Origin: a virus
Taxonomy: Duplodnaviria > Caudoviricetes
Strand: one strand, 5' to 3'
IMG/VR virus record: IMGVR_UViG_3300032608_000181
Location: 1 to 44,895 of that record
Length of the DNA stretch: 44,895 nt
A program made the translations under genes and the position numbers. Below the pieces are notes generated by a model. It worked only from the letters and a program-made list of their open reading frames with translations. It was not told the DNA's origin and did not search any database. Positions 1 through 9,071 of this stretch are shown here, one piece after another (position 1 is the first letter of the stretch; each line of letters begins with the position of its first letter).

Positions 1-264
1 ATTTACCCTTTTTTGGGGCAAACCCCGAAAACCCCCCCCCCCCCTCCCACCTTTCACCCTTATGTATAATATTATGACATTTGAGACAGCAACTTTCAAG
101 ATTATCCCAAGCTAACCGTAACTCAGGATGCGTCTTAATCGGCTTAATATGATGCACAAGTACAGCCGGAGCGTCACACTTCGCACATAATGGGGAAGAT
201 CGTAGCTTCAACTGTCGTACTTTTTGCTCTTGTCGGTCATATCCTCTTTCATTATATTAGCCAT
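1..264 (-). CDS. Terminase-associated-type HNH endonuclease (HK97 gp74-like); apparent 1-nt frameshift near the start; runs to the window edge
   Basis: Manual translation YNERGYDRQEQKVRQLKLRSSPLCAKCDAPAVLVHHIKPIKTHPELRLAWDNLESCCLKCHNIIH has the RGYD, CxxC, HHI, NL and CxxCH motifs. The ATG at 264 is one base out of frame. Not in the ORF track. Confidence 0.75.
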
Positions 265-265
265 A

Positions 266-442
266 TCAACGATATATCCAGGGAGTAATTAATAATAGAA
301 AAATTACAATAACTGTTACAATCCAAATAGGGGACAATACCCACCACCAAGACCATTGAATCATATCTGTAAGTTTCAACGTGATAAAGATACAGGTTAA
401 AAGTCCAGTAACCCCAATACCAGAATTACTTGAATTTGACAT
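266..442 (-). CDS. Small phage membrane protein (58 aa)
   Basis: MSNSSNSGIGVTGLLTCIFITLKLTDMIQWSWWWVLSPIWI..., the LKL..I.WSWWWVLSPIW pattern of a widespread small phage membrane family; RBS AGAGGT. Confidence 0.7.
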   Translation of the reverse strand: MSNSSNSGIGVTGLLTCIFITLKLTDMIQWSWWWVLSPIWIVTVIVIFLLLITPWIYR

Positions 443-839
443 ATCAATACCTCTACTTAGTTAGAAAAGCATATATTTTATTTGCCTCCTCTTCAATTTC
501 TTTATCAGTTGGAGGACTGGGTACCCTACCTGACCATATATAAATGCGACACTCCCCATCAAATCTCTCCATTAACTTAACCCTTGCTTCTTGACATGCT
601 GCAAGTCTTAATTCATGTGTATCCATGTTAACCTCCTAATTTATACTCTTTGACGGTTTCATTATAGGCACGGAGATCCTCTTTTCCGGCCTAAACTTAC
701 CAATTAGCCACATTAGAATCCTCGCCCTCGTGTCCTCATCATGCTTGTCAAGTATATCACATATTGTCTGCATATCCTGTATTTCTTTGTCTGACATCTT
801 ATATCTCCTTTAATAGTTTTCTTTTAATCTTTAAGTTTA

Positions 840-1043
840 TCATAATTCATCAACTATTTTATATAGCTTATCCTTCAATTCCATTTTCAATTGCTCACGA
901 GCTATATAGGTTTCATGTTTGCTAACATGAGGGCTAACTGATATTACTCTTTTCAACATTTTAATCGCTGTAATAAGAGGCTCAATATCATCATCCCTTG
1001 TATCTCTAATAACTACCGTCAATGCATCTATTCGATCTGTCAT
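840..1043 (-). CDS. Hypothetical phage protein
   Basis: ORF with AAGGAG RBS in a run of co-oriented small genes. Confidence 0.6.
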   Translation of the reverse strand: MTDRIDALTVVIRDTRDDDIEPLITAIKMLKRVISVSPHVSKHETYIAREQLKMELKDKLYKIVDEL

Positions 1044-1086
1044 ATTTATATCTCCTTATTCTTTTTCTATGTTAGCCACTATCAGA

Positions 1087-1332
1087 TCAAACCTCCAACT
1101 CTATCTCTTCCGATGGAGGAATTTCTAAAGACTGATCTCTGCGTCTCAAAAGTGCACCACGAACCATCGCTATCGCTTTCTCCCTTGCTTCTGCGAATGT
1201 CTCCCCAGATGCAAAATCCATTAGGCGTGGTTTAGGGATTATCCCATCCTCAGATGAATCTTCAAAGACTTCAATGTCACAGAATGGTATTCTTTCCAAT
1301 GCTGATAGTCTGTATTTTAATCTTGCTCTCAT
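1087..1332 (-). CDS. Hypothetical protein, weakly HicB-like
   Basis: ASGETFAEAREKAIAMVR resembles the HicB N-terminal motif. Confidence 0.4.
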   Translation of the reverse strand: MRARLKYRLSALERIPFCDIEVFEDSSEDGIIPKPRLMDFASGETFAEAREKAIAMVRGALLRRRDQSLEIPPSEEIELEV

Positions 1333-1686
1333 TTATTTCTCCTTTTTATTTTTCAATCGTTTACCACATACTAAACATTGACCATAATATTCAAGTGATC
1401 TTTTACCGATATAATGATCGAGAATATGACCATAAAGCAAACATTTAACATAATTCACACAACACCAGAACCCACAAACAACTAAACGTATTAATGATGG
1501 GTTATAGGGCACCATGTTATGTTTATGCGCTAATTGCGAAACAATTAAACGTGATAGTTGATTGATATTACCATGAATAATATCGTGAGCAGAATCATAA
1601 ATAAGTCTTTCTACCTCATCAACAATATCATTATATTTTTCAGAACTATTTGTATGTCCAGTTTTCGATGTAGTCCAATCTTTCAT
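1333..1686 (-). CDS. Hypothetical phage protein
   Basis: ORF with AAGGAG RBS; abuts the downstream gene. Confidence 0.6.
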   Translation of the reverse strand: MKDWTTSKTGHTNSSEKYNDIVDEVERLIYDSAHDIIHGNINQLSRLIVSQLAHKHNMVPYNPSLIRLVVCGFWCCVNYVKCLLYGHILDHYIGKRSLEYYGQCLVCGKRLKNKKEK

Positions 1687-1702
1687 ATTATATCTCCTTT
1701 CT

Positions 1703-1981
1703 TCATTCCTCTTCCTGTAAGCCTGCTATAAACCCCTGATTAACAATTGCAAGTAACGAGATTATCTCACTTGGTTTCATATTAGCATTATAAGCCGTCC
1801 AATCAAGCCTTTCGTCTTGATCATCTAAAATAATAAGGATCGCTTTTTGTGAACTATCTAAGCCAGTGTTATCTTCCCTTAGCTCCTTGATAGCTATCTG
1901 CAACATGCCTTCAACATCTAACATATCGGAGCGCATAGATTGTTCTGCTAAATATGATACTTTTTCTTTTTTGATGGTCAT
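1703..1981 (-). CDS. Hypothetical phage protein
   Basis: GAGGAG RBS; ATGA overlap with the upstream gene. Confidence 0.6.
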   Translation of the reverse strand: MTIKKEKVSYLAEQSMRSDMLDVEGMLQIAIKELREDNTGLDSSQKAILIILDDQDERLDWTAYNANMKPSEIISLLAIVNQGFIAGLQEEE

Positions 1982-2178
1982 GTTGTCTCCTCTGTATACA
2001 TATAACTTAACCTAATTTTCTCCCAAACGCTCAAAACTTCCTCTTTCGTATCAGCGTATATCCTTACATCATGCCCCTTCTTTGGTTGCCTGCATGCCCC
2101 GCACCATTCAGCTGGCTCCCCATTGAATTTGATCACCTCATATACTGATATATCAGACTTGCATAGTGGACATTGCAT
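1978..2178 (-). CDS. Small zinc-finger protein (Lar-like)
   Basis: CPLC...CGAC and a TKEEVLSVW tail. Confidence 0.5.
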   Translation of the reverse strand: MQCPLCKSDISVYEVIKFNGEPAEWCGACRQPKKGHDVRIYADTKEEVLSVWEKIRLSYMYTEETT

Positions 2179-2431
2179 TGTTTACCCCTCCATAAGTTCC
2201 CTACCAGTAACATTCTGTCTTTTACGAGGCTTTTTAGCATAAATATTACCGAACAGGAACATCCGGCAACCGTTTACCCCTCCCTAAGGTGTTTTCAAGC
2301 TCCTCAACCCTTTTTCCTAAACTTTCAATCAATTTTTCCAACTTTTCGTGCAGAAAGTCAACCCTTTTCTCTAAACTTTCAATCTTGGCCTCAACATCTC
2401 TTATGCTCATAACATCCCTCCAATAGTTATG

Positions 2432-2460
2432 ATCTTATATCAAATATCTATAAATGTCAA
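2432..2460 (-). promoter_or_regulatory. Sigma70-type promoter, leftward
   Basis: TTGACA-17 nt-TAAGAT, followed by GGAGGG RBS and ATG at 2410. Confidence 0.7.
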
Positions 2461-2696
2461 GGACTTTTTTTCACAAATCGATTTGAAGTTCCGAGGAATC
2501 CTCATGAGTTCATTAATGTCAAGGACTTCCCGTGCGATTTGTCACGACTTCACTTCCTTTTTCACAAATCGTAGTAAATCGACGAATAATCAACCTGAGC
2601 TTCGAGCGAGCGAGTTTGTAATATTTGATTTACCTATTTATAAGGCTATCAGGACTTTGACCTGCTCTAATCGCTCGTCACTGGGCTTAGCTGGCC

Positions 2697-2726
2697 TTGA
2701 CACATATAAAATTAAAATTATACACT
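2697..2726 (+). promoter_or_regulatory. Sigma70-type promoter of the plus-strand early operon
   Basis: TTGACA-18 nt-TACACT, followed by AAGGAG RBS and ATG at 2753. Confidence 0.65.
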
Positions 2727-2752
2727 CAAATCAAAATAAAGGAGCTTATCAC

Positions 2753-2917
2753 ATGCAACCTGAGAAATACTTACATCCCGAACGCTTCCAATGGTATCTA
2801 ATAAAGACCGATAAGGGATTTAAACGCACCTTTGCGAAATCCCAGGAACAAGCAATAAACCAAGCTATCAAAAAAGGATATAAAGTTTATTCTACACAAG
2901 CAATATTAATCTTTTAA
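2753..2917 (+). CDS. Early hypothetical protein (start reassigned to MQPEKY...)
   Basis: RBS and promoter favour the internal ATG of track ORF 2429..2917. Confidence 0.6.
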   Translation: MQPEKYLHPERFQWYLIKTDKGFKRTFAKSQEQAINQAIKKGYKVYSTQAILIF

Positions 2918-2929
2918 AGGGAGGTTGAC

Positions 2930-3151
2930 ATGGATTACGAAGCAAGATACACGGACAGTAATGGGGCAGTTAATATTATTTCCTTGGTTGCCAAAACTAA
3001 AACAGGCGCAAAGCGTGAAGCGACACAACATGCGCCCGCAATGTGTCAAATTACATTAGTGGCAGCCGGAGATGATTATCCTATTGCCTATAGAGAGAGT
3101 TGGCATAATCCTGATGGGCATTTTGCGCTTGGTCGTTGGAAATCCTGTTAA
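2930..3151 (+). CDS. Early hypothetical protein
   Basis: GGGAGGT RBS, operon context. Confidence 0.65.
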   Translation: MDYEARYTDSNGAVNIISLVAKTKTGAKREATQHAPAMCQITLVAAGDDYPIAYRESWHNPDGHFALGRWKSC

Positions 3152-3215
3152 AAGGGACGGGGCAATTTGCCACTACCCTTAGACATCTAATGACAATTTA
3201 ACGGGAGGTAGGGAC

Positions 3216-3413
3216 ATGATAAGAACTAAATTAGCTAAAAGAGTTTTGACGAAAAAAGAACAACGTCATTTGACAAAAGATGCCAACATACATTCTATGG
3301 CTACTTTACGAAATCAAATTGACTGGATGATAGAAGCTGATCCAGACGATCCGACAAATGTATGCTCTGACTGTTGGTGGATAGCTAAAAAATTAGGTTT
3401 GGTCGAACTATAA
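3216..3413 (+). CDS. Early hypothetical protein
   Basis: GGGAGGT RBS. Confidence 0.65.
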   Translation: MIRTKLAKRVLTKKEQRHLTKDANIHSMATLRNQIDWMIEADPDDPTNVCSDCWWIAKKLGLVEL

Positions 3414-3435
3414 CACTTTAAAGGGAGGATTTGAG

Positions 3436-3630
3436 ATGATAAACATCGAAAAAGCAGAGAAAATGAAAAAAACATGTGAGACTTGCGACCATGAAAGCGA
3501 CAGGCATCATGAGTTAGATCCCCTCGGGCAATGGGGGTGGTGTGAATTACATAAAAAAGATGTACATGAAAATGAAACATGTGAACATTGGGAAAAAGCG
3601 ACCTTGATATGGCCTAATAATAACATTTAA
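3436..3630 (+). CDS. Small Cys-rich protein
   Basis: CETC...GWCELH...CEHW; GGGAGG RBS. Confidence 0.6.
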   Translation: MINIEKAEKMKKTCETCDHESDRHHELDPLGQWGWCELHKKDVHENETCEHWEKATLIWPNNNI

Positions 3631-3643
3631 TGGGAGGTAGAAC

Positions 3644-4441
3644 ATGCCACAAGCAAACTATGAGGAGAGAAAGCAAGCACGGATTGACAGGCTAAAGGAG
3701 AAAGCCAGTAAATCAAAAACTATATCTGATAACTTATATGATAGCGCCCAGAAAATGGCCTCAGCTATCCCTTTCGGTCAACCTATTTTAGTCGGTCACC
3801 ACTCTGAAAAAAGGGATTGTAACTTTAGAAATCGGATACATAACAAATTCGGTAAGGCTATTGAGGAAGGCAATAAAGCTCAAAGCTACCAAGAGAAAGC
3901 GGAAGCAGCCGAAAGTAATAGTTCTATCAGTTCAGATGATCCCGAAGCCACTCAGAAGCTACAAGCTAAAATCGAGAAAGCCGAAAAATACCAAGCAACC
4001 ATGAAGGCCATTAATAAAATCATCAAAAACAAAAAGCTGTCTCAATACGACAAAACAGAAAGAATTATTGCAGATTATGGCTTTAAAGATGCCACGGTGC
4101 ATAAACTTCTTGAACCTGACTTTTGCGGGCGGGTGGGCTTCCCAAGTTACGAACTAATTAATAACAACGCCAACATCCGGCGTATGAAACAAAGAATCGA
4201 AAGCCTTAAACTTACAGAGACCCAGGAAACCAAAGAAATTGAATATGATAATTTCAAGATAGTCGAAAATGCCAACGAAAACCGGATACAGTTTATATTT
4301 GATGGTAAACCGGACTTTGAAACCAGAACTATCTTGAAACAAGCTGGCTTTAAATGGTCACCCTATAACATGGCATGGCAACGACACTTGAACAATGCCG
4401 GCCGGTATGCAACAAAAGACGTTATTAAACTAATAAGCTAA
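3644..4441 (+). CDS. DUF3560-domain protein
   Basis: IPFGQPILVGHHSEKRD signature; C-terminal ENRIQFIFDGKPD...GFKWSP..AWQR. Confidence 0.85.
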   Translation: MPQANYEERKQARIDRLKEKASKSKTISDNLYDSAQKMASAIPFGQPILVGHHSEKRDCNFRNRIHNKFGKAIEEGNKAQSYQEKAEAAESNSSISSDDPEATQKLQAKIEKAEKYQATMKAINKIIKNKKLSQYDKTERIIADYGFKDATVHKLLEPDFCGRVGFPSYELINNNANIRRMKQRIESLKLTETQETKEIEYDNFKIVENANENRIQFIFDGKPDFETRTILKQAGFKWSPYNMAWQRHLNNAGRYATKDVIKLIS

Positions 4442-4659
4442 GTAAAAGGGAGGTAACAAGCTATGGCAGGATCACAAACATTCTATGCTTTCGATAAAAG
4501 GAAAAATCCTATTGCTGGGCCATTCCGCACCAGAAAACAGGCCAAAGAACATGGTAAACCAGGACATGTCTGTAGATTTTGTGGGAATTACAGTGGTGGC
4601 AACACCATTTGTTATGATTGTATTATTTTAGCATTCTCAGTTAATCAGGAGGTGTAATT

Positions 4660-4914
4660 ATGTATAGATTTCAAGAGTTTTATATCCCTGAACGAATGAT
4701 GAGAAGTATCCAAGCATATATTCATGGTAGGGTTCCAATAGAAAGGTTTCTCACCGCAATTTTGGAAAACAACCTAACCGAAGCCTGTCATAGAGCAGAT
4801 GAAGAGAACTTGAGAAATCTACCAGCCTTTGTATCTTATTTATACAACAATGCTCCAGCACCATGCTGGGGATCACCTGAGAAAGTCGCAGAATGGCTTA
4901 GAAAGGAGGTATAA
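4660..4914 (+). CDS. Conserved hypothetical phage protein
   Basis: FLTAILENNL..A..RADEEN...APCWGSPEKV..W pattern; GGAGGT RBS. Confidence 0.7.
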   Translation: MYRFQEFYIPERMMRSIQAYIHGRVPIERFLTAILENNLTEACHRADEENLRNLPAFVSYLYNNAPAPCWGSPEKVAEWLRKEV

Positions 4915-5030
4915 GTTATGCCACTAATCGCAATCAATATAATACTGGCCCTGGCTGCTATGGTATGCTTTGCCATAGCTGGATTGCTAACTAAAATAAT
5001 GTTCCCGACGTCGGGAGAGGGAGGTGAAAA

Positions 5031-5252
5031 ATGAAAATTGCAATTGAATACATTAAGTGGCTATCTGATGAAAGAGCTAAAGTCAATATGGTTCGACTTG
5101 AACAAATAGAGTTTTATGAAAACGGAATGAAGGTTGATATTGACAAAGCTATAATCGAAGAATTTGAACTTTGTGGGCTTAATAATAACGATTTTATATT
5201 AAGCGGTTTTTATTTAGGTGGTTTTGATGCAAAAAATATTAGAACAAGTTGA
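5031..5252 (+). CDS. Hypothetical protein
   Basis: GGAGGTG RBS. Confidence 0.6.
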   Translation: MKIAIEYIKWLSDERAKVNMVRLEQIEFYENGMKVDIDKAIIEEFELCGLNNNDFILSGFYLGGFDAKNIRTS

Positions 5253-5267
5253 GGAGGAGTTAAAGAA

Positions 5268-5459
5268 ATGAAAATTGAAAAATTAGTTTGGGAGTTTTCA
5301 CCACAACATTTAGAGTGCCAAGTATGCAATCACCATCAGGCTACCTGGAAGGTAACTATAAAGGAACCGTTGCAATTCACGGCCTTAGTTTGCTCAATAT
5401 GTGTCGATCTGAGCGAGAACGAGATTGCAAAAAAGCTATACAGGGGGATATTGAAATGA
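5268..5459 (+). CDS. Small zinc-finger protein
   Basis: CQVC...CSIC; GAGGAG RBS. Confidence 0.6.
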   Translation: MKIEKLVWEFSPQHLECQVCNHHQATWKVTIKEPLQFTALVCSICVDLSENEIAKKLYRGILK

Positions 5460-5717
5460 CAAAAAAAGAGCGGTTTCAGTGGGAATTAAAGATTCTCACA
5501 GAGTACATGATAGAAGGATCTGATGAATTCATGGAACAAATAATTTGGCTCAATAATAAAATTAGAAAGGAGGCATAATGGAAAATTGGATATTTTTAGG
5601 TATTGGAATTTTTATCGGAATATGCTTGGGTATATTTGTGGTTGGTTTATGTCAAGCGGCTAGTGAGAGGCATAACAATATAAAATAAGAGCATAAACCC
5701 AAAATAGATGCTCACCG

Positions 5718-5747
5718 ACCCTCTGGACTTCGGTTCAGGGGGTTTTT
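5718..5747 (+). terminator. Intrinsic terminator at the convergence of two operons
   Basis: ACCCTCTGGAC-TTCG-GTTCAGGGGGT hairpin with C(UUCG)G loop and T tract. Confidence 0.8.
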
Positions 5748-6132
5748 AAGTTTCATACATTTCAACAAGAACCCCAATTTCATTAGAAACAGCCCATTTG
5801 TCAGCAAAACCAATTACTTCGCTCCATCCGTCGTTCTTTAAAATACCAGCATTGACAAGCGAATCCAGAATGAATTTTTTTCCAACAATTATGTTGTCGG
5901 GGTTATTGCGCTTATTTTTTTCTTTCCAGTAAAACAAAATGGTAGCCTTTTCCATAGGCTTCAACCTAGCCTCTTTAATGCACCAATAGATATCATCAGT
6001 GTATTTCTTTTTCATCCTGGCATAGGCATTGCCCTTGCCCCGACCTGATTTAGCCGCTGAGATTATCTCATTAAGAGAAGGCAGAGTGAAGGGGATAAAA
6101 AACGATTGTAAGTTTCTCATTTTGGGCACCAT
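5746..6132 (-). CDS. rusA: RusA-family Holliday junction resolvase
   Basis: LPSLNE N-terminus; NPDNIIVGKKFILDSLVNAGILKNDGW matches the RusA D.DN..K...D.L...G...D motif. Confidence 0.8.
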   Translation of the reverse strand: MVPKMRNLQSFFIPFTLPSLNEIISAAKSGRGKGNAYARMKKKYTDDIYWCIKEARLKPMEKATILFYWKEKNKRNNPDNIIVGKKFILDSLVNAGILKNDGWSEVIGFADKWAVSNEIGVLVEMYET

Positions 6133-6335
6133 ACTTTACATTGTGTTATAGTACCGGAATCATCTGAATATTTTATGATAGGTTTTGCGAAAATAGAATA
6201 TACGGCTGGTAATACAGGTAGTTTTACTTTAAATCTACATTTTCCAACCTGCCGTCTGTACTCTGTCCCTCTCCATTCCCCCCACTTAGGTTCATGAAAA
6301 CAGTTAAGGCAATTCTTTTCTTTGTTCATCATCAT
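6117..6335 (-). CDS. Small Cys-rich protein
   Basis: CLNC...GKC...CKVW. Confidence 0.55.
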   Translation of the reverse strand: MMMNKEKNCLNCFHEPKWGEWRGTEYRRQVGKCRFKVKLPVLPAVYSIFAKPIIKYSDDSGTITQCKVWCPK

Positions 6336-6523
6336 ACCTCCTTATATCTCAACTCCTGTTGTGCCTCATAGTCGTCATTTGAGATATATTCTGGGCATTT
6401 AGCCCGTGTCCAGTCTCCACGGGCAGAACATATTCCACTACCAGCCAACGACATGCCATGAGCGCAATCTATCCACGGGCATTTCCATCGAGTTGAGTCA
6501 TCAGGTGCTCTCTTATAATCCAT
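6332..6523 (-). CDS. Small Cys-rich protein, copy 1 of a duplicated gene
   Basis: Near-identical to 12347..12541. Confidence 0.7.
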   Translation of the reverse strand: MDYKRAPDDSTRWKCPWIDCAHGMSLAGSGICSARGDWTRAKCPEYISNDDYEAQQELRYKEV

Positions 6524-7128
6524 TTTATACTCCTTTCACAAAGGAATGGTTTAAATAAACTTCTGTTTCATAACTCAAAGTAATCAAATCGAAGTAGTTT
6601 CTAAATCATAGCCATAATATTTCCTCCTAAGTGCAGTTATGGGGGATTATTTCCCCTGTTCGCTCACTTTTCATACAGTAGTCAACACAACCATACTCTG
6701 CCTACGCTTGTTGACTTCCTTATCTTTGGTTTCCCGTTCTATACAATCAGGGCAAATGATTTGTAGCTTACTCCCCTCTACCCTAATCATAGCTAATTGC
6801 TCTAAGTCCCTATCTGGTATTAAACCTCCGCAGTTAGAGCAAGAAAATGTAAATATATCAATGACCGACATTGTTTTACCCCGTTTATTCCAGCGAGATT
6901 CCATAGCAGAATCATACCATTTATTTCCTCTTGTCTTTTTCGTTCTTTTCTTTTAAAGAGATTCATTTTATAATCTCCTCCACGATAGTTTTAGCTTCTA
7001 TTGCAGCAACTTCACGAATTGCTCTTTTTGCAAGTTGTAATAAACGAGACTTACTATTATACTTTTTTCTTAAAAGCCACTTTAATCTTCTACCTTCTTC
7101 ATCTGTAAATTTCATTGTGATTTCCATT

Positions 7129-7392
7129 TTATCCCCCTAAAATTAACGTCATTACACCGTTCCTTATTTCCTTACTTTTTACCACTAGGCCTTCAGCAAT
7201 TTCAGCAAGCGCCTGATACTTCCTTTCCGACTTCGGCATTGTAATTATTGTCAGTTTACCCTCAAAAATCTGCACAACTAAATCATCTATACATTCAATG
7301 CCTGGGAAATCCCCTATTACTTTCAACCCTTTGCCTTCCTCGAACAAGTCAAGTTGCACCTCGTCCACAGAGATCTTTATAGGTGTAGGCAT
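7129..7392 (-). CDS. Hsp20/alpha-crystallin-like small protein
   Basis: LDLFEE..LKVIGDFPGI...GKLTI...RKY...RNGVMTL follows the sHSP D.PG / NGVL.L pattern. Confidence 0.6.
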   Translation of the reverse strand: MPTPIKISVDEVQLDLFEEGKGLKVIGDFPGIECIDDLVVQIFEGKLTIITMPKSERKYQALAEIAEGLVVKSKEIRNGVMTLILGG

Positions 7393-7517
7393 AATGGTCT
7401 TGGCAGGCTTTCGAGTATAATAAACCTCTTACCTCTGTTTCCGTACCGGAGCCGGACCACCATCCACAGGATACTTATCTCTCAGAGGGGTTCTTGGTGG
7501 TATGCTTCTAAGTGCCA

Positions 7518-7796
7518 TTATTTCTCTTTTTTATAGTGTGTAAACATCGACCAAATAAGGTTCCGATCTTCCGTTTTCACAAACCGCCTAAGAGGGCGAT
7601 AGTCACCCTTGCTGTCTTGTTTAAACGTGGTTAGTATATAACCATTTTCAATAAGTTCTATCAGTGCTGCCCCGTTAGGGTCAAACATCCATGAGATTTG
7701 AGGTGTGAAAATTGGTGTCTGAGTTCCATCTATTGTCCGTCTCGCCAGCCATGTATCTTGTCTGTTAAACTCTATTTTACCGACTTTTTCTTTCAT
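7518..7796 (-). CDS. Hypothetical protein
   Basis: ORF with GGGGGT RBS. Confidence 0.55.
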   Translation of the reverse strand: MKEKVGKIEFNRQDTWLARRTIDGTQTPIFTPQISWMFDPNGAALIELIENGYILTTFKQDSKGDYRPLRRFVKTEDRNLIWSMFTHYKKEK

Positions 7797-7805
7797 AATA
7801 ACCCC

Positions 7806-8015
7806 CTAACAAACTTCAAGCTCTAAAGAGTCTTCAATCTTATCTAGAGTTATTGCAAATAGTTGCGTACTGTTTACATCCTTTTTGTACCAAACGCCAG
7901 CCCCGCCGTCAGGATAGCTCCATGTAGACTGCCAAATACAAACCTCTCCGGTATCTGGATGTAAAAACTTAACGCCCCTCAAAACACCACCATGTTTTAA
8001 ATCTTTAATTTTCAT
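7806..8015 (-). CDS. Hypothetical protein
   Basis: Overlaps the upstream stop; operon context. Confidence 0.55.
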   Translation of the reverse strand: MKIKDLKHGGVLRGVKFLHPDTGEVCIWQSTWSYPDGGAGVWYKKDVNSTQLFAITLDKIEDSLELEVC

Positions 8016-8274
8016 TTTTCGTTTTCCACCCCCACATTAAAAGAAACATACTAATTTCTCGATCTAACTTTTCCTTGTTCCAGCCATAACGTTTTTTCAG
8101 ATGATTATACATCCATTGCCGGAAATCTTCTTCCTCTACTTCTGTCCATGTTCTACGAGTAAACCAACTTTTATATCTGGTTAATCCAGGCCACGGATAT
8201 TTAGCTCCAACTCGTCGAAACATTTCTGTTAGGCATTCCTCACAAGTTTCGTCGTAACTTTTCCTTGTTCCCAT
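8005..8274 (-). CDS. Trp-rich hypothetical phage protein
   Basis: AAGGAG RBS; WF...TWT..EEEDFR.W...WF/MF.L.WGW pattern. Confidence 0.65.
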   Translation of the reverse strand: MGTRKSYDETCEECLTEMFRRVGAKYPWPGLTRYKSWFTRRTWTEVEEEDFRQWMYNHLKKRYGWNKEKLDREISMFLLMWGWKTKNEN

Positions 8275-8570
8275 AATTGTTCTCCTTTTTTCCGACTGTG
8301 TTGTTTTAAACGTTCTTTTGTTGTTTAAAAATTCATTAATACAAGATATATGTGGTAAATTACTTTCACAATGTGTGTCGCCCGCTTTTTATTTGCTTAT
8401 GTCTTTTTTAGATTTTAATATTAATTTAACCCTGGAAATTTCATCGAACACCAGCCAATAACAAAAAACACTACTGCAATACCAAGAAATATAAAAAATA
8501 CGGCGATTCCTTCACATATTGGTTTCAAGCCTGATTTATTTTTTTTATCTGTCATAATTGCTCCTTTAAA

Positions 8571-8618
8571 ATCTAACGTGCAATTGAGCAGCTTGCCTGC
8601 TCGAACTGATGGTTAAAA
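8571..8618 (-). mobile_element. attC-like site (short, 48 bp)
   Basis: TTTTAAC-CATCA-GTTCGAGCAG-GCAAG-CTGCTCAATT-GCAC-GTTAGAT; the upstream gene's TAA lies in the inverse core. Confidence 0.7.
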
Positions 8619-8810
8619 GTTGCCCATATATTTTGCTGGATCACCTCCTAACTCTTTAATTGCAGATACCATTGCATTTTTAGCTTCCTTTTCTGGTAAC
8701 CCTATCCACCTTTTTCCATTAAGGTGTACCGCATAAGTGTCAATTGCAGCAAGGAACCCACTTATAAACTCAGGGCCTCGCTCTCCATACATGTCTTTTA
8801 TATATCCCAT
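8613..8810 (-). CDS. Cassette-borne hypothetical protein
   Basis: GGGAGGT RBS just after one attC; stop within the next attC. Confidence 0.7.
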   Translation of the reverse strand: MGYIKDMYGERGPEFISGFLAAIDTYAVHLNGKRWIGLPEKEAKNAMVSAIKELGGDPAKYMGNF

Positions 8811-8826
8811 AACACCTCCCTAAAGA

Positions 8827-8896
8827 TTTTAATGCTCTAATCACCTGCCTGGAAAGGCGCAAGCCCTAACAGGTCTGGTGTATGTGCTGGTTAGGG
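8827..8896 (-). mobile_element. attC-like site
   Basis: CCCTAAC-CAGCA-CATACACCAGACCTG...CAGGCAGGTGATT-AGAGC-ATTAAAA (core GTT changed to ATT). Confidence 0.65.
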
Positions 8897-9019
8897 GGTG
8901 CAGGATTCGAACCTGCAACATAGTCATATTGCGCAACAACTATTATTGATACAAAAATGCATCTAAGTCTTTAACACACAATAGCGGACATTGCTCTAAC
9001 CAATTAAGCTAACCCCCTA
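8888..9019 (-). ncRNA. tRNA-like RNA with expanded anticodon arm
   Basis: Acceptor TAGGGGGT/ACCCCCTA followed by A-CCA; D-arm GCTT-AATTGGTTA-GAGC; T-arm GCAGG-TTCGAAT-CCTGC; about 60 nt sit in place of the anticodon loop. Confidence 0.7.
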
Positions 9020-9071
9020 ACGTTGAACTCACCCGCGCACTTTCGGCGTCGGGTGCAGTGGTGGGTTATAA
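9015..9071 (-). mobile_element. attC-like site
   Basis: TTATAAC-CCACC-ACTGCACCCGACGC...GCGCGGGTGAGT-TCAAC-GTTAGGG, 57 bp, with bulged bases; contains the upstream gene's stop. Confidence 0.8.

Noticed and set aside
2915-4460. Recurrent TAAAGGGAGGT intergenic motif
   Set aside because: Explained by a stop codon plus a Shine-Dalgarno sequence.
6624-6668. Additional attC-like remnant
   Set aside because: A short hairpin with incomplete cores; cannot be told apart from chance.
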